Positions 16,386-30,105 of a DNA stretch of 64,000 nt are shown one piece after another. The notes beneath the pieces were generated by a model, which was given only the letters and a program-made list of their open reading frames with translations, was not told the origin of the DNA and ran no database searches. Position numbers and translations under genes: made by a program. Source of the DNA: the human T2T-CHM13v2.0 reference genome, Homo sapiens. Position 1 is the first letter of the stretch. Each line of letters begins with the position of its first letter. The stretch is from NCBI RefSeq assembly GCF_009914755.1, contig NC_060929.1. One strand, 5' to 3'.

Positions 16386-19300
16386 AATGGTAGATTTAAA
16401 ATATAATAACAAAAATCTGTAGTTGTAATAAGTTTGCCTCGTAAGCCTATGGGTGGTTCTAATTTAGGTTCTGGCACTTCCTAGTATTTTCTGCAACCCC
16501 ACCCTATCGCAACCACCACTCCCACTTGACCCTATCCTGAGATACAGCACTGAGAGCCTCCTGTTAGAGTAGATACTCACAGGGACAGCCACAGAGGTCA
16601 GCAGAGAGGCTTGACTGCAATGAAATGAAGACACAAACCTCCATTAGGGCTTCTGGAAGGACATTTAAAAAATTATCCTAAGTGTTTTTTAGAAACAAAA
16701 TAAAATTATATATATATCTTCTGGTTTTGAGCCCTTTAAGAGTAGGGAATTGGGTCTTGTTCATCCTTGTGTCTCAAATAAATATTCATCTCTTCTGCCT
16801 GACGCATAGTAGGCAACGCCTGACATATATATGTAATTTTTAAACTGTCAGGGTAAACGACATCAAAACAAACTCTACTGTGAGGGAAAACAACATCAAA
16901 ACCAACTCTAGGATAAATATATTTAAAAACACATATGTAATATCCTAAGGGCACAAAGAGCCCCATAGTGAATTCTACATTGCCTGAAAATTACAAAAGA
17001 GACCAGTATTATTTAGCCAAGGCCAGAGAACACCACCAACTGAATACCTCCACAGATGAAGAAATGTTTCTAGAATCTGTGGTTGCGTGAGTGTCCTTCC
17101 TAAAAGAGAGGAAGATGGAAACAGAATTAGAGGAGAGCTGGTAGCCTGAGCAGCAGTAAAGAATGGCAGCTGGAGGGGAGGCATACAAACAGTTTAAAAG
17201 ATAGAGCCCACGTGCTATTTCATAAACTGACTGATAAGACGTATGAGCATGTGTATTGTCATTATCATTATTATTTAAACTGTATATTTATTATATACAT
17301 TGTGTATATACAATATATGACGAAACAGAGAAAAGATTAGAAGGACAAGGAGAAAATAAGTAGGTGTTCTCAGGAATAAATTGGCCATGAATTTGAAAAC
17401 ATTTGCTTTGTGAAAAGCATCAATATATTTGCATTTAAGGTATTTTCTTAAAGACACCTTCTCTAATATCTTCAGTCCTCTTTGATCACAAGGACTTTTT
17501 TCCCTCAAGGGAATTACTTTTCTACTAAAATAGTATTAAGTTGACCAGGAAATCCATCCACATAGGGGCCCACTTTACAAAGAATATAATGCAGACTGGA
17601 GTAGGGCATTACGTTGCTTAACTGTGGTGAATATTTCCACTTTCTCTGTGACAGCTTCCACGAAGAGCAAAGCAAAGCATCAAGAGCATTTTCTGACAGA
17701 AACTTTTGGTCAAAGAAGACACCTTAAATATTGAACCAGTGATTCCGAAATCTAAAGATTTCTGGATATCACAGACCAATTACATTTTTTATAATTATTT
17801 ATTGTAAAATAAAGCAAAAACCAAAATAGAAATTCTATTTGTTGCAAGACAAAAATCACCCACAATTTTTAGGAAACTATGTCATCATTTTAGCCCTTAT
17901 CTATATAAAGGCACAAAATTCACATATTGGCAATAATATAATAAATAAATGTTGTATTCCCTTTGGCTTAATGTTAAAATGCAAGAATACTTGCATTTTT
18001 GGGTCTGTTTTTCTTTCCTCCCAAACAGTAACCTCCTAAAATAACTGAAACAAGCAGTAAACATAATATTTATATAAAGTAACTACTGGAAGAGTAATAG
18101 TGGCATTTAACAACCACCGAGGAAGACCAGTGGTCCTCAAATGGCATTCTAAGGAAATTTAGGAATTCCCAAGTATGCTGCAGCAGCTCAGTAAAGAAAA
18201 AGCAGGACCAACAAACTAGACTTCTCTACTCCAACTTCAATTCAGAGATGCATCTCTTTTATATATTTTTTATACTGGGTTATGGTTAGATTCCCAGCTT
18301 CACTACTGGCTAGCTGTATGAACTTGTGCAAGTGTTTAATTTCCGGGATTCAGTTTCCTCTTCAGTTACATAGGGATCCTGTTTGTGCCCACTTCATAGA
18401 ATTTGTGTAAGCATTAAACAACTTCATGAATGAAAGTGCTTAGAATATTTATGGTACATAATTAGCATTCAACAAGTATTAGTATTACTGTTAAAAAGTA
18501 CAAAATACTGATGGCTACAATCCTCACACTCAATGCAGGAATTGTCTCCATGGGATTCTTAACAGATATTCATGTACCTTCATGGATCCCTGGAGTGAGC
18601 AGGAGCTCATCATTTCTGGAGGCAGTAATTAATGAGGAATTTTACTACCAAAAGGTCATCAAGTTAAATTGACCATGTATTATTTACCCCCTCATGTGTC
18701 CTAAATGTAGCTCTTGGGGCCACAGAGAAAAAGTCTAGTTGAGAACACTTTTGGTATTTTTAAGATAGTTCTCGCATGCCTCCTGAGTTTACTAACATTC
18801 ATTGAAGAATATCTGATACCAGGTTCTTACTAAATGCTTTACATCATAATCTTATTTAAATCCCAAAACAACCTTATGAATACAGACCTTTTAATGTCAC
18901 CAGCTTGGAAACTTCCTTGAAGACAGTGTTTATAACATTTACTAGGGTATATCTAACACCTAATATAGTAATGAACGTAGTAGGAGTTCAAAAAACCAAA
19001 AACCAAAAGTAATAAGTTAATGAATGAGTCCTCTTTTTTCTCACTTGTGAAAAATGAGATTCAGTGAAGACAGACTATGTTGTTCAACACAAATAGGAAA
19101 TTATGGAATTGTGATTGGCAAGGGCATTTACTGGGTCCAGAACCCAAGCTTTTAAACACTGCTGTACTCTGTTCCCTAGGCAACATCATAATTCCTATCC
19201 CCACAGCAGCTCATCTGAACAGATTCTGGCTGTTTTATTGATTTACAGGGAAATAAATGTAAGTAAGCTCTCTGTAATCCAACCTTTTCAGGCTGTAGGT

Positions 19301-20339
19301 GCTACGTTCATTAGTGTCACAGAGTGCCTTCCTGCCCATGAACACAAAGGGCCAGAGGAACTGCCAGTGGTCTTATTGTAAAGCCATAGAATGGCTCTTT
19401 GAAAATGCCATTTTGCACAGTCAAAGCCAAAGGGCATAAATAAAGAATATTTTCTTGAAATCTTCATTCCTGGTAACTAAGTTATTTCCTAATGTTTGGC
19501 ATAGTGAGAAGCGCAAATGTTGCCCTTCCTTTAGAAATGGCAATGCAGTTGATGATCACTAGCTAAGTATGCCCCTTGAGACTGAACACAATGGAGGTCT
19601 CTGGTTCTTGATGCATCAAAATATATGTGGCCTCTTAGAGTTAGCCATGTTTGGAGATATGGCAATCATGGTCAAAGCATCAGGGACAGTCCAGCTTCTG
19701 TACCATCTGATTCTTAAGATATACACATGGATCCTTATTCTAGTGCCTGAGAATGCTACTGATCTTCCCTCTAAGGAAACTTATATAAGAAACTTCCAAC
19801 AGAGAACAGGTAGATTCATAGCAGGTGTTCAGTTAGCTCTCTCCCTATCTCCATTATTGCACCACCAAATTCTACACTCTTAACAAAGTCATTCTCTGTT
19901 AAGAAGATGGGTTACTAGTTGAGCCTTGTCAACCAAGATCAGTGAATGGATTCCTCTGCTTCATGACCAGTGTAGAACTTGACCTGACAGGGTTCCAGAA
20001 GAGGGATCTGGGTAGAGAACCAAGACAGCTGGTGATGAGAGCCTTACTGATCATTGCAGCAGACTCACATGAAAATGGTGCCATTGTAGAAAATGAGTTC
20101 TGAACCCAAGAATCTATTTTTAAGACTTATTTTAGAAATTTACTAGTTATGAGATTTTGAGCAAGTTATTTAGCTTCTCTAAGGGCCAATTTCCTCCTCT
20201 ATAAAATGGAGATGATGGTAATATCCACCCCAGACTTATATGTGAGTCTAATAACATAACATAATATATGTGAACACAGTAAGAATTATTCATGTACCAT
20301 TCAAATGTAACATAGCACTAATTTGGGTCATATTATGTA

Positions 20340-23300
20340 ATAATATTCCACAGGAATTATTTCCAATGATTCATTATTTTAAACCTGTTCTAGTGCCATG
20401 ATCGGGGAAACAGTCATTTCTTAATAGAGATGACACATCTAACTAGGACATAATTCAAGCCTTTAATGGGCTAGGTTAATAACAGCAGGTTACTTCTTTT
20501 GCCTCCACCTTTAGCCACTTTCAGCATCATAGAAGCAATAATCTCTCTTGATCCTACCACTTTGATTTATCTTCTGAACTGAGAACCTGAGTCCAAGAAA
20601 TTCTAAGATTCTTTCATCTCAAAAATAAGCAAGTCTATTTTGTTTTTGTTTTTGTTATGCATTTTTCTCTCTCCATCAAGAAATCACTGAATCACACTGT
20701 CTCAGGAGTGGAGTGGAGCATAAAGCTCATCTAACCCAACTTCTTACTGTATAAGAAAGTTTCCTGTGGGATCCCTGAAGGTGATCACAATCCAATCTCT
20801 GCTTTGATGCAACAACTCTCTTGTCAAAACAACAACAACAACAACAAAAAAAAAACCCAGCCCATTATTGACCCGTTTGTTTACAGAATATTCTTACTTT
20901 ATTGAGTAGAAATCAACGTTGATTCAACTCATCATCTGTGACTGACACAAGATTTTAAAGGTTTAAAAATATATCATGCTTTTATCCATTCCATATTTAT
21001 TGAGTACTAAATATGGTCTGGCATTATTTACTAAACTCATCTCTCATGATGATGATGGTCACTTTCCCAGGCCAAGGCCCTTTTTCCTGTGTTCTATTCT
21101 CCCCTCAACCTCTCTCAAAGAGCAACCATAGCATTCCCACACTTGCTGAGCGAATCAACCCTGATAATTATTTTAATTCAAAGCCTTGAAGAGAACCCTA
21201 TTTCAGTGGCACAGACTAATAACTGAAGCAAATAACCATATTTTTTTCAAAAAATGGTTTTTATTTTATTCTAGATGTAAAACGTGTGTCCCAGAGAAAA
21301 TGGTCATTCCACAACATGTAGTATATATTATTTTTATGTAATCTAAAAGTTGGGGTAAATTTTTCCATCTCAAAAATCAAAAGCCCTTTCATATATTTTT
21401 CAACATGTAAAATACATGATTTAGAGTCACCTATCAGAAATATATTTGATATGCCATATAATTTTGTTATGTAGCTAATATTTACCCATTTGAATATCAA
21501 AGCTGGTTTCACTGAAAGTATTTTAGATTCAAATCATTATTAAATGAAGTTAATAGAACATAGTAGCCATACATGTACTGGCTTTAGAGTCAGGCAAAAT
21601 TCTGTTGATTCCCAGCTTTGTCACAATGTGGCTAGAATAAATGACTTTTTCTGGACTTCAGTCTCCTCATTTACAAAATGAAAATAATTATAATACCTGC
21701 CTCAATGGATTGCTAGGAGCTTAAATGCCATAAGTCTTACAAAGAGCTCAACATAGCCCTTTGCACATTGTAAAAATTCTAGGAGGGCTCCCATATTAGG
21801 CCATTCTTGCATTGCTATAAAGAAATACTTGAGACTGGGTAATTTGTAAACAAAAGAAGTTTAATTGGCTCATGATTCTACAGCCTATATAGGAAGCATG
21901 GTGCTGGCATCTGCCTGGCTTCTGGTGAAGCCTCAGGGAGATTTCAGTCATGGTGGAAGGCAAAGCGGGAGCAGAAACATCACATGGTGAAAGTAGAAGT
22001 AAAGGACTGGCGGTGCCACACACTTTTAAAGGACCAGAACTTGTGTCAACTCAGAGCAAGAGCTCACTTATCACTAAGAGCTCACTTATCACTAAGATGG
22101 CCCAAACCATTCATGGGAGATCTGCCCCCATGATCCAAACACATCCCAGCAGGCTTCACCTCCAAGACTGGGGATTACATTTCAACATGAGATTTGGGTG
22201 GGGACAAATACCCAAATTATAGCAACTACCTTGTATTATTACAAAATGGTCATATATGTCTTTACTTACCCATCAAGGGATGAAGAACATGATTTAGCCT
22301 TTCTATTTTGATTCATTGTGAAAATTGTTAATATATTTTAGACAATTCTCATATAAGGCAATAAAAACTTTCAATTAGTGGGCAAGCAACCTAAGCATCA
22401 CACTTAGTTGTCTTTGAGGCTGAGACTTGTAAGTAAAACAGTATAAAATAAGCATACAAATCAAGATTATTGACTTTAAAGTCATAGGGTTGGGCTCAAG
22501 TAATAGGTTCATCAATTAACAGCTATATGATCCTGAAAATTTTACTTAACTTTTCTGTTTTGGTTTCCTTTTCTTTAGGAAAATGTATAGTATTTACCTC
22601 AAAGGATTACAAGAGTTAAGCAGTAACCACATGTAGGGTTTTCAGAGGGCTCCTGGTAGCTGGCCAGTGTTGGATAAATGTCAGCTATTGCCATTTTGTT
22701 TTCCCAAGATGCATGCGTTCTGTAAAAGAAGTGGCAGAGGAGTGTTTGTGAAATGATGAGTAAGTTGGTTTTGAACAATAAGTAGGAGTTTTTTTTCTAA
22801 GCAAGCAATGAGAGGCTGCAAATCGTAGGGATTAAAGTACTTTACCTTGAATTGGGAGCAGTGAGAATTTGACTGGAACTAAAATGAAGTATTTGTCTGA
22901 GGGTTGTGGGTACAGGTTTGGTAGTGGGACTCAAGAGCTCTCCTAGCGCTATGAAGAGCCCTGAGGTAGCTTGGGGTAGTGAAGACCACTCCACAGTGTT
23001 GGAAAAGTCAGCCTCCATCTTGCAGCCACAGCAGCATACATATTGTTAATAGGGAGTTTCTAGCAGGCCTGTGCTTGAGAAAAATTTCTTTCCAGACAGA
23101 AGTAGTAAAAATAATGATAGAAAATACATATAGTCCTTTTTTACATGACAACTACTATTCTAAGTGCTTAATTCATATAAATGCATTTAATGTTCAAAAC
23201 AACTATATGAGGTAGGTACTATTCCCCCATTTTACCTAAGGAAAAGGTCACATAAAGGTTAAGCAATTTGCCCAAGTTTAGGTGAGATTTGAAACCAAAA

Positions 23301-25545
23301 ATTTAGCAGCACAGTCTCTACTTTTAAACACTACACCATACTGCTTCTGCATAGTAGTGAGGTGAAGAGATGCTGAGAAATAAAAAAAGAAAGGAGAGGA
23401 GAGGGCAGCTCTCTGCTGAGTTATGGAGGATGGAGGATGGGTAGAATGAGGAGAGAGAGCAAAGGAGAAAAGTTAGGATATATTTGGAAATTATAATGTG
23501 GATCTAAATAAAATTAGTCAACAGGAGAAAAAAGCAGGGCATGGAAGATTGGAGATAAATTTCAGAAACAGAACTTAAAAAGAGTTGGCAAACTATTTAT
23601 ATGCATGATTAGGAGAACTTAAATATTTAGGATGGTGTTGATGTTTTTGGTTTGGACCATTGCTTACACGATAACGTTATTACTTCTCAGTCAGTTTTCT
23701 ATAAAACTAGGTGCAGAATTTGTTGTCCTTAATGTGTTCCAACCCTTCCTACTTAATGTGCAATGCTGCCTTACATTGTGCAAGAGATTTTGTCATTCTT
23801 GTCTCCACTAGAGTCTGTGGTGGTATTTGGCCAGCATTGTGTCTTATATAATCTCAGAACCCTTCCCAGTGCCTTAAAAACAATAGGGTCACAACATGTA
23901 GAAGAATAAGTAAGTGGTAGGAGCAGGTTGAGAGGAGGAAGACGAATTAAATTTTGGACACCTTAAGTCTGCAGATACTGCAAGATACTCAAGTAGAGAT
24001 GTTTGGCAATTGATTAGAAATTCAGAGTAGGTACTCTGGGATAGTAAAAAATACTGATGGAAATTTTGTAATCATCTGGGTGGATAACTTAAGACAAAAC
24101 TAAATATAATGACTAAAATTTAGCCCTTACTGTTTGTAACACACTATACCAATCCTAAACATGTTTGATTTCTTTTATTATTCCTCACTACAAATACATG
24201 AGATAGATGTGATTAGATCCACATTTTATAAAGAACAAGAGCTTTGAGAAGGTTAGCAATTCACAGAGATTTGCCTCTTTCATTTATCTCATAGGAGGTA
24301 GATAAGACAGGATTTTTTGTACTTACAGTCTGACAGATTTAATTGAAAAATCCAAATCCCTGAAATTAATAATAGCTCAGAACAGTTAATATCCATCATT
24401 TAAAAATATAAAAATATCTTCTTAGAAGAAGCTGTCACTAACAGTGGTAATTTACAAAAGATGACAAACCTATAGGCAAAATCTATTCCAAAAATTAACA
24501 TTTTTGCTCCAAAGTTAAATATATAAAGGGCTTATTTCCTATACTTAAGTTTTAAAGTAAACTTCATTTCAGAGATTTCTTTTAGAATTTAATGTGTCAT
24601 ATGGTCCCTCTAAGGAATAGTATTCTGCTGATGTACAGCAGGTTTAGAAAAATTATGTTGTTTTTCTCATAGCACACGCTGGTTACTAAGATGAGCCAGA
24701 GGATCATAAAATATCCTCTCATCAAATCTATTGCTTCAATTCTTTCCCCAGGAAGCCCACCAAGTTGTCTACCAGGCCACATTACATACTTCTAGTGACA
24801 GGAAACTCACTTTGTCTGTTTGCACAACACATTCCTGAACAGCTCTGACAGCTAGAAAGAGCTCAGATTTTTTGTTCTTATACGTTAAAAATTAGCAAAT
24901 GGTTTAAATGTTTTGCTAAACCTAAGACACTTTCCTTGTGCTAGAAGCCTCAAAGGTGGATATGAAGGATTTATGATATAGACTGAAATTGTCTAATACT
25001 TTCAAAGTGATCATCTCAAAAGACACATTAATACTATATCAAAAAGTTAATAAAATTACAGTCAAATCTGAAGAAGTACATATCCTTCATTTTAATTATT
25101 TGCAAGACATAATATTTGTGAAGAAAAACAAGCATAAAATTTATCTGGCAGTTTATTCAGATCCTCTCACCCTCTACCTACCCCCTGAGAAAACACTAAT
25201 AATCTAGAATAAAAGGAAGCTTCTAAGCTATTTTGATCACCTTGAAAATAAAAATTAATAAAAATGACAAAAGTTATTAATTAAAAGATATTTCTATTTA
25301 ATACATTACATCAGTCGCTAAGATATTATTGGGCTGCAGTCCTTTCCATTAAAATTGACAAGTTGCAAGGAGTCTTCTGAGTCATAATGGTCAAGTGTAA
25401 TGCTAAGAAAATGCTTACAGGCTTAGTATTCAGCATTTGTCTTTCTTTTCATGAAGCACATATTAATGCATGTAAGTGTTTACAAATGGGAAGGTAAAGA
25501 GGTTCTAAAATGTCTTACAGTGCATTCTGAGCACAAGAGGCAATT
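20340..25545 (+). pseudogene. Unprocessed SPINK9-like pseudogene psi-A (four exon remnants)
   Basis: Exon 1 ~20482-20586 (ATG->ATA at 20529). Exon 2 21275-21302 with AG/GT kept. 3' half of exon 3 at 24475-24518 (GKIYSKN*HFCSKV). Exon 4 ~25457-25497, preceded by a 31/41-nt match to SPINK9 intron 3. Intronic L3/L2/MIR fossils are collinear with SPINK9. Confidence 0.85.
21793..22224. mobile_element. MaLR solo LTR (MSTA/MSTB-like)
   Basis: TATTAGGCCATTCTTGCATTGCTATAAAGAAATAC...TTTCAACATGAGATTTGGGTGGGGACAAATACCCAAATTATAGCA. Confidence 0.85.
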
Positions 25546-27361
25546 ATTTTCCAGGAAAAGGATGCTTTTTTAAGTAAAAGGCTTAAAAATTATTTTTTAA
25601 GTAAGATGCTTTTTAAGTAATTGCACTTAAAGGAAATTCTTTTGAAGTAAAATGCTTAATTTTAAGCACTGCTTAATTTTATTTTTAAATAAAATGGAAC
25701 TTAAGGAAATTCTTTCTAAAAATTTTGGTATGGAATTATATCTTTTGGATTTACTTTAGTCATAAATAATGGCTAATAGCCTCTTTCTGCCAGAAATTTC
25801 CCTCTTGGCGAATCATGGGAATCAGTAGCTCAAGAGCCCAAAACATGCTTTTTTCTAACCCAGGCCATGGAAATAAACCCTATGGTTTGCTTGCTTTGTG
25901 TAGATTCTTTACTGAAACCTGAAAAAAATAAAGGAAAATGTTTCATAAATAAGAAGATTGCAGCCTCAACTTCTGATAACCAGAAAATGTACTTTTACCA
26001 GCAGCAGCTGACATCCCCTGAAGTATGGCATAGAGAACTGCCCTAGATTAGGATTCTGACTCTTCCTAACCTCCCAAGTGGATTGGTCTGAAGTGTAGAG
26101 AAAGAGAATCAACATAAAGTCATGCATGTTCCATTGGGTCATTTTTTTTTTATCTTTCCACTACTTTTTAAAATTTTTGATCCCTAAGACCAGGTCTGAA
26201 ATTTGTCTTACACCCCTAGTTGGATACATAATTTTTGGAGATCAATGAAGGTGCCTTGATCATCCTTAAAACTCTTTCATATATTAATCATCAAACAAAA
26301 AATCATTCAATTCCTAAATACATGGTATGGTGCTGACATCTGGGGATAAAACAATGAACAGCATCGACATTATTTCTGCCCTTACTGAGTTTTCTTTGTA
26401 GTTGAGAAGATATGATGTACTTGGAAGATATAACCTAAATACAATTCCTTACATTTAATTGCCAATCGATAAATACTTTTGAATGAACAATAACTGAGTT
26501 TGAGCAGCATTTTCATTGTGTTACTTCTTACTTGAAAATTTCCAATGGCTACTCTTTAGGAATTCAAAGAAACATAAAGTGTTCCTGACTTTATGGAACT
26601 TGCATTTGGGAGACAGGTCATTTGCAAAAAGAAAGAAATAATACCAAAATCCAGAGGATAAATACAAAATAACAGATTCTACATATCACAGGAGATCAGA
26701 GGATGAAACAATCACTAGCCAGGAACACTGGGAGAATGCTTTCGGAAGACATAGGCCTTACCCTGTAAATGTGACTGAAGACTGCTTCCCCATCCTTCAG
26801 CTAGAACCTCTTCTTTGATGACTTATTTGCTCACTCTCCTCCAACAATATTTGCTGTCTCAATTTTTGATACCACTACTATACTAAATGTTATATATTTT
26901 TCTGTTATTTGCCACATTGAAATGTAATTGTCTGCTGATAAGCAAAACTCCACTACTGGAGTATGGACCTCTTGAAAAGTGGAATTGCATCTAAATTATC
27001 TCCTGCTCCCGTGGCCTAACATAGAATGTAAACAAACTTAGAGGTCACATTTAATAAACACGTGTTGAACAAATGTTAAAGATTATTCTAGAAGACACAC
27101 TCTGAAATCACCACAGGATATCACTGGACCCAGCCATGTATTCAATAGCCTGATAAAATAGTTCATCTTCCTTCCATAATGGGTTCCTAAACACTTGATG
27201 ATGGGGTTAAAGAAATAAATGTTAGTGAGTTGCCAAAAAAAAAAAAAAACAAACACTGAGAGTGTAACTGTTACTTGATTACTCCACAGGCAAAAAAAAT
27301 ATTAGGGTCCTTAATGAGATGAGGTCTCCAGAAGTAAGGTAGGACTAATAAAAAATAAAAG

Positions 27362-28915
27362 CTAGGTAGTTTTCATATCTTGGCTATTGCAAATGATACT
27401 GTAATGAACATGGGAGTGTAGATATACCTCTGAGATCCAGATTTCAGTTTCTTTAGATACATATCCAGAAGTGGGATAGCTAGATCAAATAGTAGTCCTA
27501 TTTTTAATTTTTTGAGAACTCTCCTACAGCAGATGCACCAATTTCCATTCCCACTAACAATATACAAAGGTTCCAACTTTTCCACATCCTTTCTAACACT
27601 TCTCTTTTCTTTTTGTTTTTTCACTGATAATAGCCATCCTAACAGGTGTGAGATGGTATCTCATTGTGGTTTTGATTTGCATTGCTCTGATAATTAGTTA
27701 TGTTGAGTACCTTTTCACGTACCTGTGGTCCAGTTGTTCCTCTTTGGAAAAAAATGCCTATTCAGGTTATTTTTCCCATCTTTAAACAGGTTATTAGGTT
27801 TTTTGCTATTGAGTTACAGGAGTTTCTTATGTATTTTGGAATTTATTCCTTATTAGATATATGGTATGCAAATATTTTTTTCCTATCGTGTAGGTCACCT
27901 TTAAATTTGTTGTTTCCTTTGCCATGTAGCAGCCATTTAATTTTATTTAATTCCACTTGTCTATTTTCCTTTTTGTTATCTGTGCTTTTAGTACCATTTC
28001 CAATCAATTATTGCCTAGTCCAATGGCTATAAGCTATTTCCCTATGTTTTCTTCTAAGAGTTTTATTGTTTTGTCTAACATTTAACTTTTTAATGTATTT
28101 CAAGTTGACTTGTGTACATGGTGTGAGATAAGCGTCCAATTTTATTCTTTGCAAGTTGATATCTAATTTTCCCTACATCATTTATGAAGGGCATTATCTT
28201 TTCCCCATTGTGTATCCTTGTCATCCTTGTCAAAGATCAATTGACTATATATGTGTGGGTTTATTTCTGGGCTCTCTACTCTGTTCTATCAGACATCAAT
28301 AAATGAATGAATTTTTAAAATGTGCTACATACCACATATATAATGAAATATCATTCAGCCTTTTAAAAAAGAAGGAAATGCTGCCATTTGCAATAACATG
28401 GATGACCTGGCAGACATTATGCTAGTTAAAATAAGCCAGACCCAGAAAGACAAAATATCACATGATCTCACTCACATGTATAAACTAAAATAGCCAAACT
28501 CATAGAAGCAGAGAGTATAATGGTTGTTGTCAGGGAATGGAAGGAGAAGGAAATGAGGAGATGTTGATCAAAGGGTACAAAGTTTCAGTTATGCAAAATA
28601 AGTAAGTTTTAAAGATCTACCTTACAACATAGGGCCTGTGGTTAACAATACTGTATTTTTATATTTAAAATTTTGCTAAGAGGATAGATTTTTATTTTAA
28701 GTGCTTTTATCAGAAAAGGAAAAACAAAAGAAAACAAAGCACACAGTAAAAGGAGGCAGAAGGAAACTTTTGGAGATACTGGATAAATGTATTGCATTAA
28801 TTGTTATGATGATTTCAGAAGTATATACTTATTTATCTTCAAATACACTGTTCTATATTTTAAATATATACAGATATTTATGTCAATCATATTTCAATAA
28901 AGCAGTTTTAAAAAT
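27362..28915. mobile_element. Old L1M (L1MA/MB) with 5' inversion
   Basis: Minus-strand ORF2 3' segment (27362-28290) abuts a plus-strand 3'UTR segment (28292-28915). Confidence 0.8.
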
Positions 28916-30105
28916 TTTAGTCTCACTTTATGATCATAAGAAAGTTACTTGGTATCGATCTCAGAATTTTTAACACACTTTTAGAGTTAGAGTAATATCC
29001 AGGCCCATTCCTAACATGTGTTGGGCTCCAGGCAAGAATTAAAATGGAAGCTCTTGCATTCTATATCTACAATGTATTTAGAAACTATTTAAAATTTATA
29101 GATAACACATTTAAATACAACTCTATTCTTATATCTTGGCAAATATGTCTTCATTGCAACATGAAAGCTCAGACTCAAATTTAAGATTCTCAAACTCCTT
29201 AAGTGTTTCTTGTGGGAATCTAGCAGCATGAGAGAAATTAGCTACAGAGCATCAGTCTCTCTCCTGGTCTGCCACTGGTCTCTATCCAACTCAGTTCTGT
29301 TATGCCTCATAAGAGCAGTGTGAACATGGGCCTGCATACCAAAGCCTGCATGTCCAATCTTCATCCAAACTACTGTAAATATTCACCCTTAGGTCATACT
29401 TTGGAGTAAAGAAGGTGCATATCAGAAACATAGTCTTCCTTGAGGGAGATGACCTGAAGAAGAAGTTTATATAGGCCCTGTAAGCAGGTTAAAGTTTGCT
29501 TAGGAAGCGAATTCAAAAGTTTAGGATTCCAAGTTATAAACAAGAAGGGGATTAAAGTCTTGTGCTGGGCAGATGTCCTTGACCTACAAGCTCCAAGCAC
29601 TTTGGAGAGAGGCATGGATGGAGAAGACCTGGAGGGAGGCTCTTTAAAACAGGGCTCTAGGGCAAAGGAGACCCTCTTGCATAGATGTAAAAGTGGTATT
29701 GGTGATACCTACTTTTCAAAACTATTATGAAGATTAACAGATATGGAAGGAAAGTACCTAGAAAATATAACAATTTCAACTTATGTAAATGATGTTGTTT
29801 ATGTTGTTGTTATTGTTGGCATTGTTATTAGAATATGCTTGCAAAACCATTAGGTGATACAGGAACACAGGTAGTATTTCAATAAAACTAATTACTATGG
29901 ACCCTATAACACATTGAAAGACATTTTCATTAGTTATTATATGAAGGTGAATCTACATTTGTGATGGCTGTTGATTTGAAGAAGCTCTCCAGATCAGCAG
30001 CATAGGGGGTATTCCTGAGGGATTTGAGGTCATGTATACCCATATCTGTTTTCTGGTTCTAAGCATTCTTTTTCTAAATGAAGCCTTCTCATAGGTCCGC
30101 AAATA

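Noticed and set aside
18510-18790. L3 fragment as a marker of a fourth SPINK copy
   Set aside because: No exon-1-like sequence or shared 17-nt motif found upstream of it.
23783-23825. 14-nt identity AGAGATTTTGTCAT to SPINK9 exon 3 (11028-11041), followed by a VCG-like word
   Set aside because: It lies in an L2 3'-end remnant (CTCCACTAGA...GTCTTAT...CCCAGTGCC) positionally equivalent to SPINK9 intron 2 (~9850-9930), not exon 3; most likely coincidence.
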